Assembly (NCBI GenBank): GCA_043826355.1
Contig: JBDRQI010000027.1
Span: forward strand, 1 to 21,422
From: Candidatus Omnitrophota bacterium
GTDB taxonomy: Bacteria; Ratteibacteria; UBA8468; MWAK01
Length of the DNA stretch: 21,422 nt
Direction of reading: 5' to 3'
A program made the translations under genes and the position numbers. Below are positions 16,837-21,422 of the stretch, in pieces. The notes below the pieces were generated by a model. That model saw only the letters and a list, made by a program, of their open reading frames with translations. It was not told where the DNA came from and ran no database searches. Position 1 is the first letter of the stretch, and each line of letters begins with the position of its first letter.

Positions 16837-17188
16837 GATTTCCAATCTCTCTTTCAGACAACTCGGCGTCATCCTGATAAGCGACCGAAAAATGACCGGC
16901 TATAACCAACGGTTTCTCGGACACAACCGGCCCACCGATGTGCTCAGTTTCTCTCTGGATGCAAAGGAAGGTGAGGTCCTGATTTCGGCGGAGACCGCCA
17001 AAGCGCAGGCGAAGGAACTTCGCCATTCCCTGGAAGAAGAGCTGCTGACCCTGGCCGTTCACGGATTCCTGCACCTGGCCGGATACGATGACCGGAAAGT
17101 GGAAGACCGCCGGGTGATGTTCCGCGAAACCCGGCGTATATCAAGGGGTTGCAAAACCGATGACGGAAAAACAGAAACGAAAGGTTAA
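16724..17188 (+). CDS. ybeY: rRNA maturation endoribonuclease YbeY
   Basis: PTDVLSF, GEVLIS and HGFLHLAGYDD, in the conserved phoH-ybeY-dgkA gene order. Confidence 0.92.
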   Translation: MKKKSKKNVRPGFYVRNLQRKVKIDVKNLRRRISQALEISNLSFRQLGVILISDRKMTGYNQRFLGHNRPTDVLSFSLDAKEGEVLISAETAKAQAKELRHSLEEELLTLAVHGFLHLAGYDDRKVEDRRVMFRETRRISRGCKTDDGKTETKG

Positions 17189-17888
17189 GGAAAACTCGCT
17201 CCTGGATAGTTTTGACCATGCGGCCCGGGGGGTGCTCTTCTGCGTCCGAACCGAGCGCAACTTCCGCATCCACCTGGTGGCTGGGTTCCTGGTACTCTTC
17301 GGTTCCATGTTTTTGGATTTAAGCCTGGTTGAATTTTACGTTCTGCTCCTGGTGATTACCGGCGTCCTGATTGCGGAAATGATCAACACCGCCCTGGAAA
17401 GAATAGTCGACCTGGCAACTCCGGAATACAGCCGCCTGGCAAAGGAAATCAAAAATATCGGTGCGGCCTGCGTCCTGGTTTCGGTAGTTGTTTCCCTCTT
17501 TGTCGGTTACCTTATCCTGGGCGCACACATCCCTTCCCAAACCGAAATAGCGGTCTATGCAATTAAAACTTCCCCCTGGTACCTTTCGGTTATTGCGATT
17601 CTGGCCACCTACGGCCTGATATTCTACGTGAAGGTGCGCATGCGCGCCAAATCGCTCTTCCGCGGCGGAATGCCCAGCGGCCACGCGGCTCTTTCTTTCG
17701 GTATCCTGACCGCCATCTTCTTCATCACCCGAAGTCCGATGGTTACCGCCCTTGTCCTGCCGATGTCAGTTCTGGTCACCCAAAGCCGGGTTAAGCGGGG
17801 AATCCATTCCTGGACCGAGGTCTTCTTTGGCGCGCTCCTGGGCATCTTTATCGCCGCGCTTGTCTTTCAGGTTTTCCATTCCCCGTAA
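17160..17888 (+). CDS. dgkA: Diacylglycerol/undecaprenol kinase (DgkA family) fused to PAP2 phosphatase domain
   Basis: DgkA motifs ERNFRIHL, EMINTALERIVDL and AKEIKNIGAACVL, followed by PAP2 motifs GMPSGHAALSF and SRVKRGIHSWTEV. Confidence 0.88.
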   Translation: MTEKQKRKVKENSLLDSFDHAARGVLFCVRTERNFRIHLVAGFLVLFGSMFLDLSLVEFYVLLLVITGVLIAEMINTALERIVDLATPEYSRLAKEIKNIGAACVLVSVVVSLFVGYLILGAHIPSQTEIAVYAIKTSPWYLSVIAILATYGLIFYVKVRMRAKSLFRGGMPSGHAALSFGILTAIFFITRSPMVTALVLPMSVLVTQSRVKRGIHSWTEVFFGALLGIFIAALVFQVFHSP

Positions 17889-17923
17889 AAAGCACAGCAC
17901 CTTGCTGTTCACAGGGAGGTTTT

Positions 17924-18526
17924 ATGGATAAATTACGCCGCGTTTTTCTGACCGGACTCCTGGCCCTGGTTCCAATCTCTGTTTCCGTCTGGATTATTTT
18001 TTCGTTAACCCGGTGGCTGGAAAGTATTCTGGGGCCGATTTTTAAGAACTTTCTCAAGGAATCCTACGTACCGGGCATAGGGATTATCTCCTTGCTCCTG
18101 ATTATCCTGCTAATCGGTTACTTAACCGGCAATTTTGTAGGTAATCGGTTCATGAAATATTTGTCCGGGCTCTTGGAAAAATTGCCGCTCTTTAATAAAA
18201 TCTATCTGACCATTAAAGGAATCAGCGATTCCGTTTTCAGTGCGCACCACCAGAAGTTTTTTGAAGCCGTGGTAATGGTGCCCTTCCCTCACCCGGGCTG
18301 TCAAAGCATCGCTTTTATCACCGCAGCGCCCAAAGAACTGGGACCGGACCAGGTCGGCGTCTTCGTGCCGACCGTACCCAACATCTCCACCGGTTTTTAC
18401 CTTATCTATCCCAAAAAAGACGTTAAGTTTCTGGATATGCCGGTACAGGAAGGGATAAAACTGGTGCTCTCAATCGGCATTTCCAGCCGGGGGAAAAAGA
18501 ACGATGAAACATGTGAACGCGAATGA
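17924..18526 (+). CDS. DUF502-family membrane protein
   Basis: FLTGLLALVPI, LEKLPLFNKIY, VPFP, VFVPTVPNISTGF and GIKLVLSIG. RBS GGGAGG. Confidence 0.88.
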   Translation: MDKLRRVFLTGLLALVPISVSVWIIFSLTRWLESILGPIFKNFLKESYVPGIGIISLLLIILLIGYLTGNFVGNRFMKYLSGLLEKLPLFNKIYLTIKGISDSVFSAHHQKFFEAVVMVPFPHPGCQSIAFITAAPKELGPDQVGVFVPTVPNISTGFYLIYPKKDVKFLDMPVQEGIKLVLSIGISSRGKKNDETCERE

Positions 18527-19358
18527 AATTATCAGGCGGATAACCGAATTGGCGCGTGAGGCAAACTTCGCCTTACCGGAAAATCTTACCCGCCTGATTG
18601 ACCGGGCCGTTGAACGCGAAGAAAAACCGATTGCCAAACAAGCGCTCTCCGCAATCCTGGCCAACATCCGCCTGGCGAAGAAGCTACCCCTGCCCCTCTG
18701 CCAGGACACCGGGCTGGTTGAAGTATTCCTGGAAATCGGCAGCGAGATTAAGGTTGACTTGAAACCTTTTTCCTGCCTGGAAGAGGTCGCTTCGGAGGGG
18801 GTCGCGGCCGCCTACCAAAAATATTTTTTGCGCCTTTCCGTGGTTGACCCGCTGACCAGGGAAAACACCGGCAACAATGCGCCGGCGGTAGTGCACGTCC
18901 GGCTGGTTTCCGGTAAAAAGATAAAAATTCGCCTGATGGTCAAGGGTTTCGGTTCGGAAAATATGGGAAAGGTAATAAATCTTCCACCCGGTTCCGGACG
19001 GTCAGAGGTTGAGGATTTTGTCGTGAAGTGTATGGAAGAGGCAGGAAGCCGGCCCTGCCCGCCGGTCTTTATCGGTATCGGAATAGGCGGCACGATGGAA
19101 AAAGCGGCGCTGCTTGCCAAAGAAGCGCTCCTTTGCCCGGAAGAACTGACAACGCCGAACAAGGATAAGGAATTGCGGGCGCTGGAACAAAATGTCCTGC
19201 GCCGGGTAAACAAATCAGGTATCGGACCGGCCGGATTAGGCGGCAAGACCACCGCCCTGGCAGTCAAAGCCAAGAAGTTCCCCACCCATATCGCCGGGCT
19301 CCCGGTGGCCGTCAACATCTCCTGCTGGGCCCTGCGTGTTTCCCGCGGAGAGATTTAG
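18504..19358 (+). CDS. Fe-S hydro-lyase alpha subunit (class I fumarate hydratase / tartrate dehydratase alpha)
   Basis: PLCQDTG, LRLSVV.P..RENTGNN, KGFGSEN, PCPP..IGIGIGG, GIGPAGLGGKTT and HIAGLPVAVNISCWA. Confidence 0.93.
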   Translation: MKHVNANEIIRRITELAREANFALPENLTRLIDRAVEREEKPIAKQALSAILANIRLAKKLPLPLCQDTGLVEVFLEIGSEIKVDLKPFSCLEEVASEGVAAAYQKYFLRLSVVDPLTRENTGNNAPAVVHVRLVSGKKIKIRLMVKGFGSENMGKVINLPPGSGRSEVEDFVVKCMEEAGSRPCPPVFIGIGIGGTMEKAALLAKEALLCPEELTTPNKDKELRALEQNVLRRVNKSGIGPAGLGGKTTALAVKAKKFPTHIAGLPVAVNISCWALRVSRGEI

Positions 19359-19460
19359 CCACAATAACGGATGCATCCAACCGCGCAGGAGACAATTAAG
19401 AACGCTCCCCTGGTTTCGCTTTCGCAAAACCGGGTGTTTTCCGACGTTTTGTGTTTTACT

Positions 19461-19490
19461 TTGACCGGTTGACCAAAAACGTGTTATGCT
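19461..19490 (+). promoter_or_regulatory. Sigma70-like promoter
   Basis: TTGACC-N18-TATGCT with a TG extension, about 105 nt upstream of the ATG at 19597. Confidence 0.5.
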
Positions 19491-19596
19491 TTAACAAGAT
19501 TGGCTTTGACGGGGTGAAATAAGTTTGCCTTTTTGGGGCTGAATAAGACACTGACCGTCAATGATTCCCGAATTTCCGGCAGGCGCAGGGGGGGCT

Positions 19597-21422
19597 ATGT
19601 TAAGAAAAGTTTCCGCAGTAATAGCCGGCATCGTCTTTTTGTTTTTCGTTTTCACAGCAGCGAAAACAGAAGATTTGGAAATGGAACCTTATCTCTATAC
19701 CCAGAATTTTGAAGGAGCGGCTGACCCGGTCCAGGCGTACTCGGGGGGCGATGGAAAATATACCATAAATTTTAAAGGTTTAACCGAAGAAAAGAGTTTC
19801 TCCGGCAAAAAGTCTTTTAAGTTGGATGTTACCTTTCAATCCGGTTCTTCCATCTTCTGGTCCATTCCCATTCCGGGGGGGGTCCCGGCCGAAGGAAAAC
19901 TGCAATTCTCCGGCCGTATCCTTTTAGGAGAGGAGACCGCTGTTGGCACGAGCGCTGGTTTAGGGCTAAATTACAATTACCCTCCTACCAGCCAAGTTGT
20001 CAGCGGCGCCTTTAATACTATTCCCGAATCTGCCAAAGGGGAATGGAGATTGATAGAAGGAGATGCAGTTAAGATGGGTGCGGGAACAATTCCATGGTTG
20101 ATGGGAAGACCTGCCTGGCCATGGCCGGCAACGGCAAAAGATATCGGGGTCTATGTAACCGGAGGCGGCCTTTATTTATACGGCGGGCCAGGAAAAAGAA
20201 TAGTCGTATATGTAGATGATTTAAAAATGGAGGGAACGGTTCCGACAGAAGAGGCATACCGGGAAGCGATAAAGAAAAGGTGGATTGTCCTTAACGAAAA
20301 GATAGCGGAAAAAATATCCTCCTGGGAAGAAGCATTACAGGAAAGCGAAGAGGAACTTAATTCCCTCACCAATCTTTCTCCGGAGGCAGAAAAAGCGAAA
20401 GAAGCAGTGATGGCGGGAGAAATAGCCTCTTTTAAGGCCAAAGTAGCGAACGTAAAGAAAACCGGATTTGTCAATGTCCTGGAGGGAAAGGAGATTGATT
20501 CTTTTCTGGAACCACTTAAAAATACCATCAATAACATCAAAGAAATTTCCAAGGGTACGACACAGAGCAAGGATATGATTGTTTATGTTACGAAACCGAC
20601 TCTGGATAGCCGGATTTTACCCACAACCTCTATGCTCCCGGGAATAATTTCTCGGGATATTAAAATTACCGCTGCCCCCGGAGAATACGAACCGGCCAGT
20701 TTTATTATCTCGGCCCTTTCCGATATTACTTCCTTAAAACTAACAGCAAGCGACCTTACCGGAGAAAACGGGATTATCCCTTCGGGGAACATAGATATTA
20801 AAGCCGTGAAGTGCTGGTACCAGGGCTGGAACGCCGGGATGGGCGAAAGCCAGGCTTATGACAGCGCCGGCCTCAAAAGAAAGAAATTGATTCCCGAACT
20901 TCTGCTCAATGACGATGCTTTGGTCAAGGTTGACTATCAGGAAGAGAAAAACTACCTAAAAATAGTTCATTCCCGGGGGACCGCTTCGGAAAAAGAGGAA
21001 TATATCTGGATAAGCAACCCCAACGAACCAATCTTAAAAGATGGCACAAAAGACCTTCCGGTCCAGGACAGCCCGGTTCTTCTGCCGGTGGATATCCCGG
21101 CCCGGACCAACAAGCAGTTCTGGATTACGGTAAAAGCGCCGGATACAGCCAGAGAAGGGGTATATACCGGCAGTATTATGCTCACTTCGGGAGCAAAGAC
21201 CCTGCCCGCCCTTACCCTGACGGTAAGGGTTCTTCCCTTCAAACTCGCTTCTCCCAGGAGATACGACCTCCAGGAAGATTTCGTGAGCAGCATCTACTAC
21301 CACAGCTACCTTAATCCTGCCCTGCCGGAGGGAAGCCTCTCTGCTTACGCCAAGAGCAAAGAACAGTTGAGGGCAGAATTGAACAACCTGTTTAGCCACG
21401 GGGTGACCAACCCGCAGTGCAA
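19597..21422 (+). CDS. Secreted GH123-like putative glycoside hydrolase, 3'-truncated by window edge (paralog C)
   Basis: Absent from the ORF track because it has no stop in the window. Translated by hand: MLRKVSAVIAGIVFLFFVFTAA..., PGEYEPASF, VKCWYQ, PELLLNDD, NKQFWITV, RVLPFKLASP and EQLRAELNNLFSHGVTNP, collinear with paralog B. Confidence 0.88.
   Translation, partial: MLRKVSAVIAGIVFLFFVFTAAKTEDLEMEPYLYTQNFEGAADPVQAYSGGDGKYTINFKGLTEEKSFSGKKSFKLDVTFQSGSSIFWSIPIPGGVPAEGKLQFSGRILLGEETAVGTSAGLGLNYNYPPTSQVVSGAFNTIPESAKGEWRLIEGDAVKMGAGTIPWLMGRPAWPWPATAKDIGVYVTGGGLYLYGGPGKRIVVYVDDLKMEGTVPTEEAYREAIKKRWIVLNEKIAEKISSWEEALQESEEELNSLTNLSPEAEKAKEAVMAGEIASFKAKVANVKKTGFVNVLEGKEIDSFLEPLKNTINNIKEISKGTTQSKDMIVYVTKPTLDSRILPTTSMLPGIISRDIKITAAPGEYEPASFIISALSDITSLKLTASDLTGENGIIPSGNIDIKAVKCWYQGWNAGMGESQAYDSAGLKRKKLIPELLLNDDALVKVDYQEEKNYLKIVHSRGTASEKEEYIWISNPNEPILKDGTKDLPVQDSPVLLPVDIPARTNKQFWITVKAPDTAREGVYTGSIMLTSGAKTLPALTLTVRVLPFKLASPRRYDLQEDFVSSIYYHSYLNPALPEGSLSAYAKSKEQLRAELNNLFSHGVTNPQC

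Noticed and set aside
20069..21399. Several - strand ORFs listed in the track
   Set aside because: All are antisense to the long + strand CDS starting at 19597.

Overview
Bacterial genomic window with three parts. (1) 1-9024, + strand: a carbohydrate-utilisation cluster. It holds two closely related GH123-like/DUF4091 TIM-barrel paralogs, a CBM9-like protein, an SGNH esterase, a GH78 rhamnosidase-like enzyme and an M55 aminopeptidase. (2) 9141-14295: a tRNA-Arg(CCU) gene on the - strand, followed by a roughly 5 kb tail of repeated elements. Each element opens with an antisense copy of the tRNA T-arm and closes with a sense copy of the tRNA 3' end. One element appears to enclose a two-gene cargo (phospholipase C/P1-nuclease-fold + NPCBM protein, and a HAD hydrolase). 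A second two-gene block (sugar isomerase, MDR dehydrogenase) lies between the tRNA and an att-like junction with arm-type repeats. No integrase or transposase is in the window. (3) 14475-21422: a small hypothetical gene, a LysM protein, phoH-ybeY-dgkA/PAP2-DUF502-fumarate hydratase alpha subunit, and a third GH123-like paralog that runs off the window end and is missing from the ORF track. The most interesting signal is the tRNA-anchored element/cassette array. All family calls come from motif recognition by eye; no searches were run.
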